Notes: a model not told the origin generated them from the sequence alone. A DNA stretch of 64,000 bases from Flavobacteriales bacterium (GCA_026196775.1 JAPHUD010000031.1:4291-68290), one strand, 5' to 3'; counted from the stretch's first letter, positions 1-9,450 are shown. Numbers and translations: made by a program.

Positions 1-1749
1 TTTAATATGCCCGCCCATGGCATTAAAAGAAACATCGGTAGCCGAAAGTAAGTTGTCTTCCAATTGGATAACGCCCTTAAAATTTTGTGCTTTAAATCGC
101 CTGAACAAAAAGGTATCTATTTGTGTTGTAAAGGTAAAGGCAATGTTATCGGGCAAACTCACTTCTTGCTCCGATTGGTTGGAAGAGGAAGATTGCAATA
201 AAAAATCTTCCAACATAAATTTAGGAGAAGTAAAAGAAGCGGTTACTTCCAGTTTTTCATTTTCTACAAATAAATATGCCAGCAAATTTTTAAATACGCC
301 CGAAATATATACCGGAGAACGATTTACCGTAGTGGTTAATGAATCAATTTTTATAAGGTTGTTGTTAAATTCAAAATAAGCATTGGCATTAATTAATTGG
401 TAAGGTTTCGATTGCCACTTTAAATGCGTGTTGATTAGTTGAGCATTACCTTCAGCATTAAGCTGTTGCAATTCCGAAGCTTTAATTTTTTGTAAATTGC
501 TGATGTAACCTTTGTATTCCACGTTTAAAATAAGCTCTCCTGTGGCGGTCTCCAACGAATCTAATTTAAAAAACTCTTTCGCCATAGCAATATCAATATT
601 GGCCTCTGAAGTTAGTTGAATATAAGGATTTTGGAAGTTGGCAATTTCATAATTTCCTGATATATGCCCCGCACCGAAATCGGCATTAAAATCGTTGATG
701 TTTAGCTTGGTGGTTTGTGCGTGATTATTTGCTCCATTATTGTAAATTCCTGAAAAATTAATATTAGCAAGCTCATAACCAGATTCTTTCTCTTTTAAAT
801 TTCCTGATTTTACCTGAAAATCGGCTTCTACATGAGGGGTTTTAGTAGCCGAAAATATGCCAGAAACTTGGGCTTGATAATTAAAAACCCCTTTAGCATC
901 GTAAGCCGCCAACGATTCCTGCATTTGTGCCGGAAGTAGAGAGAAAAGTGTAGCAAAATCTACATCTGTTCCTTTGGAGCTAAGCTGTAAATCTATCGCT
1001 TCGTTTTTATCTAAAATAATGCCTTCTAATTTAAAAATAAGTTCTTCTATGCTTATTTCTCCCGACTGTATTTTGTAACTTAATTGTTGTTTGTTTACCT
1101 CAATTTTACCTTCAATAGTAATGTCTTTATCCTTTAGGAAAGCTTCATTTTTACTGTTTAGTTGGTTAATGTGTAAAGCAATGTTGGTCTCTAAATGATA
1201 GTTCTTTTCATTAAAATTTCCCGAGAAGTTCATTTTAGTTACCACTAAGCCCATGTCTTGCTGTTTGTAGTTGTTGAGGTAATTAAGATCCATATTTTTA
1301 AATTGCACATCCGACAATTCAAAAGCAATTGGTTGGTTGCTACTTTCAGGGTTGGTTTTCCAAAAATGAAAATTATCTTTTCCTTGTTGATCTATAAAAA
1401 TAAGGGTGCTGCCATTTTCTATGCTTATTTTTTTCAGTACATATTTTTTGTTGAGCAAATCGATAATATTAAACTGAAAATAAACCGACTTTACTTTTAA
1501 TAATGGTGTTTTGTGGTTGGTAGAAGCAATCTCCACCTCTTTAAACTCTACCGAAGCATAGGGAAATTTTTTAAGCACGGAAAAGTCAAGATCTTTTACA
1601 TCAATAGGTACATTTACTTGCTCGTTAATGGCTTCAACAATGTATTTTTTAATTTCTTTTTCATAAAAAGAAGACATTACAATGCTAAAAGTGGTAATTA
1701 ACACCAACAGCACTACTAATGAATATCCAATGATTTTAAGCCAACGCAT
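1..1749 (-). CDS. AsmA-family protein, N-terminal 583 codons (gene continues past the left window edge)
   Basis: Missing from the ORF track because it runs off the edge. The reverse complement from ATG 1749-1747 reads MRWLKIIGYSLVVLLVLITTFSIVMSSFYEKEIKKYIVEAINEQVNVPIDVKDLDFSVLKKFPYASVEFKEVEI... and stays open to base 1. It has one N-terminal TM anchor followed by a long repetitive beta-rich region, as in AsmA-like proteins. Confidence 0.6.
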   Translation of the reverse strand, partial: MRWLKIIGYSLVVLLVLITTFSIVMSSFYEKEIKKYIVEAINEQVNVPIDVKDLDFSVLKKFPYASVEFKEVEIASTNHKTPLLKVKSVYFQFNIIDLLNKKYVLKKISIENGSTLIFIDQQGKDNFHFWKTNPESSNQPIAFELSDVQFKNMDLNYLNNYKQQDMGLVVTKMNFSGNFNEKNYHLETNIALHINQLNSKNEAFLKDKDITIEGKIEVNKQQLSYKIQSGEISIEELIFKLEGIILDKNEAIDLQLSSKGTDVDFATLFSLLPAQMQESLAAYDAKGVFNYQAQVSGIFSATKTPHVEADFQVKSGNLKEKESGYELANINFSGIYNNGANNHAQTTKLNINDFNADFGAGHISGNYEIANFQNPYIQLTSEANIDIAMAKEFFKLDSLETATGELILNVEYKGYISNLQKIKASELQQLNAEGNAQLINTHLKWQSKPYQLINANAYFEFNNNLIKIDSLTTTVNRSPVYISGVFKNLLAYLFVENEKLEVTASFTSPKFMLEDFLLQSSSSNQSEQEVSLPDNIAFTFTTQIDTFLFRRFKAQNFKGVIQLEDNLLSATDVSFNAMGGHIK

Positions 1750-1955
1750 AAGCTATGAAACGGAAATAATGAATTTCTATTTTATTCGTGTTATGGAACT
1801 TCCAATTAATCATCTTACTTTTTGTTGAATGTATTAAAAGTTCGTTTCAAAATTAATTGTGTTTAGTACTTAAAAATTTGCTTTAATAAGTTTTAATTAA
1901 CAATGGGTTGTGAAGGTGGATAGTTTAGTTTATGAGGTAGAAAAGTATCATACCA

Positions 1956-2125
1956 TGTCATTCAGGAGGAATCCTGTTGAGTAGCGGTAAGGAAGTCCCA
2001 AATTATTTATTGAAGGAAACTTGAAAGGAAATACTCAACGCACATTAATTACGGAATAATTCTATTAAACATCAACGCTAAACTAACTTTGTCTCTTATT
2101 CTAACAATGTTCTTCCTGAATGATA
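1956..2125 (+). other. Candidate structured RNA or cis-regulatory element closed by a 16-bp long-range helix
   Basis: tgtcattcaggaggaa (1956-1971) pairs with ttcttcctgaatgata (2110-2125). The only two non-WC positions are G-U on the + strand. An inner perfect 8-bp helix joins gttgagta (1976-1983) to tactcaac (2032-2039). No ORF of 60 aa or more lies here. Confidence 0.3.
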
Positions 2126-2132
2126 AATAGGG

Positions 2133-2177
2133 AAACCTCAAACGAGTTTGCGAGTTCAACGAAGTTAAACCTCAAAC
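2133..2177 (+). repeat. Perfect 11-nt direct repeat aaacctcaaac (2133-2143 and 2167-2177) in the leader of the 2206 gene
   Basis: Read directly from the sequence. The two copies start 34 nt apart, between the structured element and the start codon. Confidence 0.5.
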
Positions 2178-2205
2178 TTTCAACACTTTTTTATACCTTT
2201 GCTTT

Positions 2206-3084
2206 ATGCAGCAATCGCAATTTATAGAAGGGATTAAAAATCCCACCATGCTGAGCCAAAACACCAATGAGCTCAAGTTTGTGGTGGATGAATTTCCTTA
2301 TTGCCAAACTGCTCATTTAATGTATGCCGGATTACTCAAAAAAAATGACGATATTTTATTTGAAGAATACCTTAAAAAAGCGGCTGTTTATTGTACCGAC
2401 AGACAACATTTGTTTTATCAATTGCATGCTGTTGTTGAGAAAAAAGTTGAAAATAAAATAGTAGAAAAACCAACGATTAAAGAAGAGAAGATTGAAGAAA
2501 AAGTGGAGTTGATTGATGAGGTTGTTGAAGAAAAAGCAACAACGAAGCAAGTTGAAGAAGAAAAATCAAAAGAACCTACAAAAATTGATGCTTTAGAGCA
2601 GCAATTAAGAGCTGCAGCAATTAATAGTTATATTTTACTGGAAACGGAAGAAGACAAACAAAAATCAAATACTCCGGAACAACCAATAACTAAAAAAGAA
2701 AAAGCTAAAAGCAATCAACCAACTTTTGATGTTGATTCACCACATTCTTTTGCTGAATGGTTATCGCATTTTAAAGGCGATACTCCAATTGCTAATGATA
2801 CTAAAACCACTACTTCTAACATCGATAAATTTGATTTAATTAATAAATTTATTCAAGAAGATCCTAAAATTCAACCTAAAAAGACCGAATTTTACTCTCC
2901 AATAAACATGGCAAGGCTAAGTGTGGTAGATAATTCTGACATGATTAGTGAGACGCTAGCCCTTATCCACGTTGATCAGGGGCATTATCAGAAAGCGATA
3001 GAAATGTATGAAAAATTAAGTTTGAAATATCCAAAAAAAAGGAGTTATTTTGCAACCCAAATTAAAAACTTAAAACAAAAATAA
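2206..3084 (+). CDS. Hypothetical protein with a Glu/Lys-rich central region and a C-terminal TPR-like helix pair
   Basis: 292-aa ORF. Its stop overlaps the secG start (TAATG at 3082-3086), which suggests translational coupling. The C-terminus ETLALIHVDQGHYQKAIEMYEKLSLKYP looks like a single TPR. Confidence 0.6.
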   Translation: MQQSQFIEGIKNPTMLSQNTNELKFVVDEFPYCQTAHLMYAGLLKKNDDILFEEYLKKAAVYCTDRQHLFYQLHAVVEKKVENKIVEKPTIKEEKIEEKVELIDEVVEEKATTKQVEEEKSKEPTKIDALEQQLRAAAINSYILLETEEDKQKSNTPEQPITKKEKAKSNQPTFDVDSPHSFAEWLSHFKGDTPIANDTKTTTSNIDKFDLINKFIQEDPKIQPKKTEFYSPINMARLSVVDNSDMISETLALIHVDQGHYQKAIEMYEKLSLKYPKKRSYFATQIKNLKQK

Positions 3085-3431
3085 TGTTTACACTTATCAC
3101 AGTATTAGTTATCATCATCTGCTTCTTGCTTTTGTTGATTGTATTAATTCAAAACCCAAAAGGTGGTTTAGATTCAGCTTTTTCTGCTAATAATCAAATT
3201 ATGGGTGTTAGAAAAACAACTAACTTTTTAGAAAAAGCAACTTGGACCTTAGGTATTGCTTTAGTAGTATTAAGTATCGCTTCATCTGCTGTTAACCCAA
3301 CAAAAACAGTTACTGATGGCGAAGCTGGTGACTCAAAAATTAAAGAATTAATTGATGAAAAAGCTGCTCCTACAATGCCAAACATGAACAATGCTCCTGT
3401 ACCAGCTCAAGAAAATCAAGAAGAAAAATAA
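3084..3431 (+). CDS. secG: Preprotein translocase subunit SecG
   Basis: 115 aa with two TM helices and the typical N-terminus ...LLLIVLIQNPKGGLDSAFS... Confidence 0.85.
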   Translation: MFTLITVLVIIICFLLLLIVLIQNPKGGLDSAFSANNQIMGVRKTTNFLEKATWTLGIALVVLSIASSAVNPTKTVTDGEAGDSKIKELIDEKAAPTMPNMNNAPVPAQENQEEK

Positions 3432-3451
3432 TACATAATTAACTTTCAATA

Positions 3452-3483
3452 AAAGCAAGGGTTTAATTATCCTTGCTTTTTTT
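3452..3483 (+). terminator. Rho-independent terminator after secG
   Basis: aaagcaagg (3452-3460), a 10-nt loop, ccttgcttt (3471-3479), then a T-run. Confidence 0.7.
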
Positions 3484-3495
3484 ATGCCTTAAAAA

Positions 3496-4404
3496 ATGTT
3501 TGAAAAATATAAATATCATTTTTGGCTGCACATAGTGGTGCTTATTTTCGGGTTAACCGGAATTTTAGGTAAATTGATTTCTGCCAACTCGTATTTATTG
3601 GTTTGGTATAGGGTTTTAATTGGTGTGGCAGCTATTGCTATTTATTTTTTAATAAGTAAACATTCTTTTAAAATCAATAAAAAAATATTGAAACAAACTT
3701 TTATGGTAGGATGTTTAATTGCCATACATTGGGTAGCTTTTTTTGAGGCGATAAAACAATCTACTGTTTCTATAGCATTGGTTTGTTTATCGAGCAGTAC
3801 TTTATTTACCGCATTGATTGAACCGCTTTATTTTAAAAGAAAAATTAAAGGGTACGAGTTGTTTTTGGGCTTGCTAATTATTGTGGGATTAGTATTGATT
3901 TTCAATTTTGAATTTAACTATTTAACAGGGATTATACTGGGTATTGTAGCAGCAGTATTTAGCTCTTGGTTTACGGTAATTAATGGTGTTTTAGTGAAAG
4001 AAACTAACTCCAAAACACTTTCTTTTTATGAATTACTAGGGGCATTAGTCATTTTATCGAGCTACTTAATTTTTATGAATTTAGGCAATATGGAGGCTTT
4101 TCTTATTCCTGTTTCAGATATCAAATGGTTATTAATTTTAGGAATAATTTGTACTGCTTTTGCTTTTATTATGTCGGTAGAAGTAATGAAAAAAATTTCT
4201 CCGTTTACGGTAGTAATTTCTATTAATTTAGAACCTATTTATTCTATTATTATAGCCGTTTTGTTGTGGCCCGAAAGTGAAATAATGTCAACAGGTTTTT
4301 ATGTAGGGATGGCTATTGTGTTATCGGCCATCTTTTTAAATGCTTTTTTTAAATTTAGAGATGACAAAAAAGCTAAAAGTGTTATTGGGAAAGTAATTGA
4401 ATAA
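3496..4404 (+). CDS. DMT/EamA-family transporter
   Basis: 302 aa with about 10 predicted TM helices arranged as two similar halves, typical of EamA-type permeases. Confidence 0.7.
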   Translation: MFEKYKYHFWLHIVVLIFGLTGILGKLISANSYLLVWYRVLIGVAAIAIYFLISKHSFKINKKILKQTFMVGCLIAIHWVAFFEAIKQSTVSIALVCLSSSTLFTALIEPLYFKRKIKGYELFLGLLIIVGLVLIFNFEFNYLTGIILGIVAAVFSSWFTVINGVLVKETNSKTLSFYELLGALVILSSYLIFMNLGNMEAFLIPVSDIKWLLILGIICTAFAFIMSVEVMKKISPFTVVISINLEPIYSIIIAVLLWPESEIMSTGFYVGMAIVLSAIFLNAFFKFRDDKKAKSVIGKVIE

Positions 4405-5134
4405 ACTCTGCTTTTTTTCTTCGGGATACCTCAAGCTTAGAACCATCACTCATTATAACATAGCCACCATCTCCTCTAACATATTTTTTTACATGGAGTA
4501 AATTAATGTAATAAGAACGATGAATTCTGTAAAATTGTTCATTAAGCAACATTTCTTCATACTCGCCAATTTGTTTTGAAGTAACAAAATGTTTGTCCTG
4601 ACCAACCACATGGACATCAGTATAACTTCCTTCAGAATGAAACCTGATAATGTCTTTTATTTTAATAAAATTCAATCCTTCTCCATCATGGATAACAATT
4701 TTTTGTTCTTGTCCGCTATCACCGGAAGATAAATTATTGAGTAGTGTTTTTAGTTTGTTATTGGTTAATTCTTGGTTTCTAATTTTTGATTTAAATCGGT
4801 TTATGGCAGCTTCTAGCTCATTTGCATCAATGGGTTTTAATAAATAATCTAACGCACTATATTTAATGGCTTTTATAGCATAATGATCATAAGCAGTAGT
4901 AAAAATCACATCAAAATTGATATTTTCTAATTTTTCTAATAAATCAAAACCATTTTCTCCTGGCATTTCAATATCTAAAAACAACAAATCGGGTTGATGT
5001 TCTTCAATAGCGGTAATAGCCTCTTTTGCATTGGCAGCTTGAGCTTTAATTTCTATATCGAAAAACTCTTTTAAGATGGTGGCCAAATGTTCTCTTCCAC
5101 CTTTCTCATCATCTACTATAATTGCTTTATACAT
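4382..5134 (-). CDS. LytTR-family two-component response regulator
   Basis: REC domain (MYKAIIVDDE..., LLFLDIEMPGENGFDLL, LDYLLKP) followed by a C-terminal LytTR DNA-binding domain (FYRIHRSYYINLLHV). Confidence 0.9.
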   Translation of the reverse strand: MYKAIIVDDEKGGREHLATILKEFFDIEIKAQAANAKEAITAIEEHQPDLLFLDIEMPGENGFDLLEKLENINFDVIFTTAYDHYAIKAIKYSALDYLLKPIDANELEAAINRFKSKIRNQELTNNKLKTLLNNLSSGDSGQEQKIVIHDGEGLNFIKIKDIIRFHSEGSYTDVHVVGQDKHFVTSKQIGEYEEMLLNEQFYRIHRSYYINLLHVKKYVRGDGGYVIMSDGSKLEVSRRKKAEFIQLLSQ

Positions 5135-5145
5135 AATACATTATT

Positions 5146-7314
5146 TTAAATTGGTACATATAGTTCTACCCGTGTTCCTGCAGGTTGGTTGTTGATTTTA
5201 AGGTCGTTTATTTTTACCGAAAGCCGATTCCCATTAAGTGAGTTTAACAGCTCTACTCGTTCTTTGGTAATATTCATCCCAAAAGAAGGAGAAGTAGTGT
5301 TTTGCTTAAGTTTAATAGCGTTTTCACGTCCAATTCCGTTGTCTTCCACCACGCATTTTAATAAATGTTCATTTTCCAGTAAAAACTGTATTCTTATTAT
5401 TCCATTTCCCTCTTTATGCGATATTCCGTGCCAAATGGCATTTTCAACGTAAGGCTGTATAAGCATTGACGGTATTTGTTCGTATTGTGTATCTATGGTT
5501 TCATCTACTAAAATCTCATATGAAAATTTGTTATTTAATCGTAACTGTTCTAACTCTAAGTATAAGGTAAGTGTTTCTATTTCATCTTTTAAAGAGATTC
5601 GCTGACGTTTAGTATTGGCTAAGGTGGCTCGCATTAGTTTAGCAAATTTACTCAGGTAAATAGAGGCATCTTTACTTTCGTTTTTAGAAATAAAATTTTG
5701 GATAGAATTAAGGGTGTTAAAAATAAAATGTGGATTCATTTGCGAACGAAGAGCTTGTAATTCTGATGCTAATGCTCTTTGTTTTTGTTCTTCAATTTGT
5801 TTGTTTTTTAATTGATTTTGCTTTTGGATTAAAAAGTAAATTAAGAACCCTATAATAATTACACCAAAAACAAGCGTTAATAAAAACCATGCTGACATGT
5901 AAAATGGAGGTTGAATGGTAAATGAAATAACTGAAGGTACGGTACTCCAAATTCCTGAATCGTTCATGGCAAAAACTTTAAAAGTATAGCTGCCGGGAGC
6001 TAACGAGGTATAATAGATAGAGGTATTTACGGTATAAATCCATTCTTTATCAAATCCTTCTAAAATGTATTTATATTGAATTCCGGATGGACTATTGCTT
6101 ATTCCGCTAATATTAAATTCAATAGCGTTGTTTTCATGACTCAATTCATAATGACTTAATGTGGTGGTGTCTTTACCGTTAATTTTCACACTGTTTATAA
6201 AAACTGATGGAGGCAAAGAATCTTGTCTAACTCTATCTGTTCTAATGGTTTTTGAATTAATTGGCTTTTCTGTTTGTTGATCAACAGGTAAATTTTTTAA
6301 AATAAACTTGCTTTGTACTTTTTCGTTTTCAATTTCTGTAGATGAAAAGATAGCGGGGGAACTATAGGTTATAGTGGAATTAACATCAATATGCTCAAAC
6401 TCATTTTCTAGTTTAAAAACACCATTCCCTGAAGTACCAAACCATAAGTTGCCTTTAGTATCTTCAGCCACAGAAATAACGGTTTGATTTCCTAAATATC
6501 GGGTAATATTGGCTTCTTTTAAACTTCCATCAGCATAAGAAATGATACCGCCACTATTTAGTGCAAACCAAATTTTGCCTTGTGAATCTTGAAAAATAAA
6601 TTCCACATTTTTTTCCACAAAAATTCTATTCAAGAAAGTAGTATTGTTAAACCTTATCACTTCGTGTTGTTTAGAGAACAAGTAGGTTTTATCTTGTAGT
6701 TGAACAACATTTGTTCTGGAGTTTCCTGCTGCTTCTGCTAACGGAATATTAAAGCTATTGGAATTTGTATTTACAAAAAGTTCGTTTTTAGAAGTGTTTT
6801 GGTTGTTTCCGGAAATTAATTTGCCGTTAAACTTTACAACAAAATAGGGATAAGGATTTAATTTTAGGTTGGAAATGGTTTCTGTTTTTAAATCAATTTG
6901 AATTAAAGCACTACCAACTATAGTACTTATATAAAAAGCAGAATCGGCAAAAATTACAGAGTTAATGATTTTGTTTTCTACTCGTTTTTGAACCAATTTA
7001 TTAAATGGAAAAGGAACGAGTTGATTGTTTTTTATTTCAAAAATTTCTCCATAAATACTCCATACATATAGGTTTTTAGGGGTTTTTATAAATTTAGAAA
7101 GGTTTTCTTCAGTAATAATTTTAGTTAAGTTGTTGTTTTTTATTTCAAAAATACCTTCGCTGCTAATAAATAGCATTTTATTTTTATGTTCAATAATATC
7201 GTTAAATTGCAAGTAAGGAGAAGCGGAAGACTTGTAATTACTAAAAGAAGGATTTTGAGCGAATAATACTTCACTAAAAATAACTAGTTGTATGATGATA
7301 ATGAATCTTAACAA
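5146..7314 (-). CDS. Sensor histidine kinase, LytS/YehU type, with a large extracytoplasmic propeller/Y_Y_Y-like sensor
   Basis: Signal peptide, then propeller-like repeats (GKIWFALNSGGIISY, GNLWFGTSGNGVF), an Ig-like Y_Y_Y-type segment, one TM (WFLLTLVFGVIIIGFLIYFLI), the His_kinase motif NPHFIFNTLNSIQNFI, and an HATPase (ENAIWHG, DNGIG). It sits 11 nt upstream of the response regulator. Confidence 0.85.
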   Translation of the reverse strand: MLRFIIIIQLVIFSEVLFAQNPSFSNYKSSASPYLQFNDIIEHKNKMLFISSEGIFEIKNNNLTKIITEENLSKFIKTPKNLYVWSIYGEIFEIKNNQLVPFPFNKLVQKRVENKIINSVIFADSAFYISTIVGSALIQIDLKTETISNLKLNPYPYFVVKFNGKLISGNNQNTSKNELFVNTNSNSFNIPLAEAAGNSRTNVVQLQDKTYLFSKQHEVIRFNNTTFLNRIFVEKNVEFIFQDSQGKIWFALNSGGIISYADGSLKEANITRYLGNQTVISVAEDTKGNLWFGTSGNGVFKLENEFEHIDVNSTITYSSPAIFSSTEIENEKVQSKFILKNLPVDQQTEKPINSKTIRTDRVRQDSLPPSVFINSVKINGKDTTTLSHYELSHENNAIEFNISGISNSPSGIQYKYILEGFDKEWIYTVNTSIYYTSLAPGSYTFKVFAMNDSGIWSTVPSVISFTIQPPFYMSAWFLLTLVFGVIIIGFLIYFLIQKQNQLKNKQIEEQKQRALASELQALRSQMNPHFIFNTLNSIQNFISKNESKDASIYLSKFAKLMRATLANTKRQRISLKDEIETLTLYLELEQLRLNNKFSYEILVDETIDTQYEQIPSMLIQPYVENAIWHGISHKEGNGIIRIQFLLENEHLLKCVVEDNGIGRENAIKLKQNTTSPSFGMNITKERVELLNSLNGNRLSVKINDLKINNQPAGTRVELYVPI

Positions 7315-7423
7315 ACCTCCAAAATTTTTGATGAAAAGTAGTCATTTTTTATTTTTAAATCAACAACCAATATGAGTTTGGTCGTTTTTAATATACAAAC
7401 GGTAGGGTTTATTACATAAGTGG

Positions 7424-8716
7424 TTATTTGTTAAATAAGAAAACCAAATCCAATACTGGTGAAGTATGTGTATAGGTAAATAACACATTTTTAGTTGAAA
7501 AATCATAGGCTGTAATAGTGTTTCCTTCAACTATATAAAGTTCGTTAGAAAAAGTATCATATTTTATTTTAGTAGCATTAATCCCGTTTAAATAAGGCAA
7601 AGTAGAGTGATTATTAGCATTAACTAGCACTAAATTTCCGTTTTGAGCAATCATAAAAACACCACCACCTAATTCTTCACATGAAGTAATTGTTCCTGGA
7701 GATAAGTTGAACAAAGTTGTTTTTGTGTTGTTTGAAGCATCATAAACAAATATTTTACCATCATTAGTAGTGTTGTCATTGGCAAAAAATAGAGCATTAT
7801 TAGGAGCATAAGCATATAAGCCAACTATATCTTCTGTTAGTTGTAACTGATGAACAAATCCTCCAGAGTTGGTCCAATAGGTTGTAATATATCTAGTATT
7901 GTTTCCTATGGCTTTTTCTTCAGAAATGAAAACATTATCATGTACTAAACCATTTTCGGGATAATAACTTGTTTGAACATTTGAAAAATAAGTAGGACTT
8001 CCATTAGAGTTGTAGGCTCTGATTTCACCGTTTCTTATACCTAGGTACAATTCTTTATCGTGAAAAAACATATTGGTATAATAAGGAATCGATGAGTTTG
8101 GAAAATCTAATCCCCAAGATTGGCTCCCTGTAGCGACATCATAAGCCAAAATTTTTGCGTTATACTCTCCAACAGTTATTAATTGTTGACCATAAGAATT
8201 GGCAGCTCCACCTAAAAAGTCTGTGGGTACAGTTTTGAATAAATTGGCACTACTCCCATTTAACTGATAAATAGAGGTTGTATTTCCTGAGTTGTCATAA
8301 AAAAAGACACCTGTTCTAGTTTTTGGGATTTCACCATAAGAAATATTAATGTATTTAGTTGCGGTATTGATTCCATCACTTGCTTTGATACTAAAATAAT
8401 ATTGTCCAGAAGGCATGTATAAATCATCGAAAAAATAAGGGTCGTTAAATGAAAAAGAATTATCGTTTGGAGAATGAGAAATAGTAGGTAAAACAGGAAT
8501 GTCGTTACTGTTTCTTAAGGAAATAGAAATACTTTTAATGGTATTGTTATCACTAACTGATCCAGTTATAAAAATAGTATCATTACCATTTATTTGCTGG
8601 TTATTATAAGGGGTAGAAATAGAAATTCTCGGCACTTCTTCGTCTGTAATTTTTTCGCATGAACTCAAAAAAATCAAGAAAGTCAACAATATTAATATGC
8701 TTATTCTATTCCTCAT
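7424..8716 (-). CDS. Lipoprotein with an N-terminal Ig-like domain and a beta-propeller-like body
   Basis: Start moved to ATG 8716 (MRNRISILILLTFLIFLSSC, lipobox). The track start at 8773 would read through the terminator hairpin at 8755-8779. The body shows repetitive propeller-like segments. Confidence 0.65.
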   Translation of the reverse strand: MRNRISILILLTFLIFLSSCEKITDEEVPRISISTPYNNQQINGNDTIFITGSVSDNNTIKSISISLRNSNDIPVLPTISHSPNDNSFSFNDPYFFDDLYMPSGQYYFSIKASDGINTATKYINISYGEIPKTRTGVFFYDNSGNTTSIYQLNGSSANLFKTVPTDFLGGAANSYGQQLITVGEYNAKILAYDVATGSQSWGLDFPNSSIPYYTNMFFHDKELYLGIRNGEIRAYNSNGSPTYFSNVQTSYYPENGLVHDNVFISEEKAIGNNTRYITTYWTNSGGFVHQLQLTEDIVGLYAYAPNNALFFANDNTTNDGKIFVYDASNNTKTTLFNLSPGTITSCEELGGGVFMIAQNGNLVLVNANNHSTLPYLNGINATKIKYDTFSNELYIVEGNTITAYDFSTKNVLFTYTHTSPVLDLVFLFNK

Positions 8717-8750
8717 AATCAGAGTAAAATTAATGCTTTTTTTAGAAACC

Positions 8751-8781
8751 AAAAAAGCAAGTGTTCTTAACACTTGCTTTT
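8751..8781 (-). terminator. Rho-independent terminator closing the exported-protein operon
   Basis: aagcaagtgtt (8755-8765), loop ctt, aacacttgctt (8769-8779). On the minus strand it is followed by a T-run (A-run 8751-8756 on the + strand). It lies 27 nt after the stop at 8806. Confidence 0.7.
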
Positions 8782-8805
8782 CAGTTTGTTGGTGGAAGTA
8801 AAAAA

Positions 8806-9450
8806 TTATTTATTACCGCCTATTCTTATCCCTATTTTTAATGCTAGTCTTAAATCCACAGGAATTTCATTTCCGATATAAGGAGTGTAATCACTTTCAT
8901 TAAATTGTTCATCAGATAAATCTTCAGCAAATGAATCACTATATTTAACATTGTTAACTATAAACTTTCCGATACCAAAGGTTGCTTCCAAAAATAAAGC
9001 TCCTTTAGATTGCCATTTGTAGCCTGCTAAAGCACCTAACCCAAAAGCTGAAGTAGAAACATCTGTTTTACCAATAATTATATTATTAGCATCATTTGGA
9101 TCTTGCACAGCATAAGCATTATCTTTTGCATTGGAACTTCTATATTTCCCATAAACACCAATATAAACTCCATCGTTACCTTTATTAGGAGTTGCATAAA
9201 ATTTATACTCAGGTACGATGTTCATTTCTGAATATTTTTCTACATCTCCATAAAGTGATTTGCCATCTGCAAACATATTGTCTGTTGCAAAATTAATGTT
9301 TACTCCTATGGAGTTGCTATTATTCATTAGGTAATCGTAGCCAATTCCATATCTAGAAAAAGCAAAACCTAAAACATCAGTGCTTATGTCATGCTGTGCT
9401 TTAAGTCCTAACCCCGAGAACAGTAAAGCTGCTAATATTAATTTTTTCAT
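8806..9450 (-). CDS. Small outer-membrane beta-barrel-like protein (operon gene 7)
   Basis: Signal peptide MKKLILAALLFSGLGLKAQ, followed by alternating hydrophobic beta-strand patterns rich in G, Y and N. Family not recognised. Confidence 0.55.
   Translation of the reverse strand: MKKLILAALLFSGLGLKAQHDISTDVLGFAFSRYGIGYDYLMNNSNSIGVNINFATDNMFADGKSLYGDVEKYSEMNIVPEYKFYATPNKGNDGVYIGVYGKYRSSNAKDNAYAVQDPNDANNIIIGKTDVSTSAFGLGALAGYKWQSKGALFLEATFGIGKFIVNNVKYSDSFAEDLSDEQFNESDYTPYIGNEIPVDLRLALKIGIRIGGNK

Noticed and set aside
17-1701. Plus-strand ORFs at 17-379, 1258-1500 and 1513-1701 in the track
   Set aside because: They lie antisense to a 583-codon open frame with a convincing AsmA-like N-terminus. 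Their translations are low-complexity and Phe/Ile/Lys-rich, as expected from antisense reading of AT-rich coding DNA.
1985-2000. Resemblance of aaggaagtccc to the RNase P RNA CR-I motif (GAGGAAAGUCC)
   Set aside because: The match is imperfect. None of the other universally conserved RNase P segments is present, and the region is too short and too AT-rich. I also saw no tmRNA 3' end (tRNA-like acceptor) or SRP RNA motifs.
1956-2125. MITE interpretation of the 16-bp inverted termini
   Set aside because: No target-site duplication flanks the termini (left ...atacca, right aatagg...), and both mismatches are G-U compatible on one strand. This cannot be excluded without genome-wide copy counts, so the element is kept as a finding under the RNA hypothesis.
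8717-8773. N-terminal extensions in the ORF track: 8773 for the lipoprotein, 14453 for operon gene 1, 32618 for WD40-caspase, and 49814 for the vWA-like gene
   Set aside because: In each case an internal Met begins a canonical signal peptide or lipobox. The extension would run through a terminator hairpin (8755-8779) or a -7 box (14443-14450, 32710-32717, 49802-49809).
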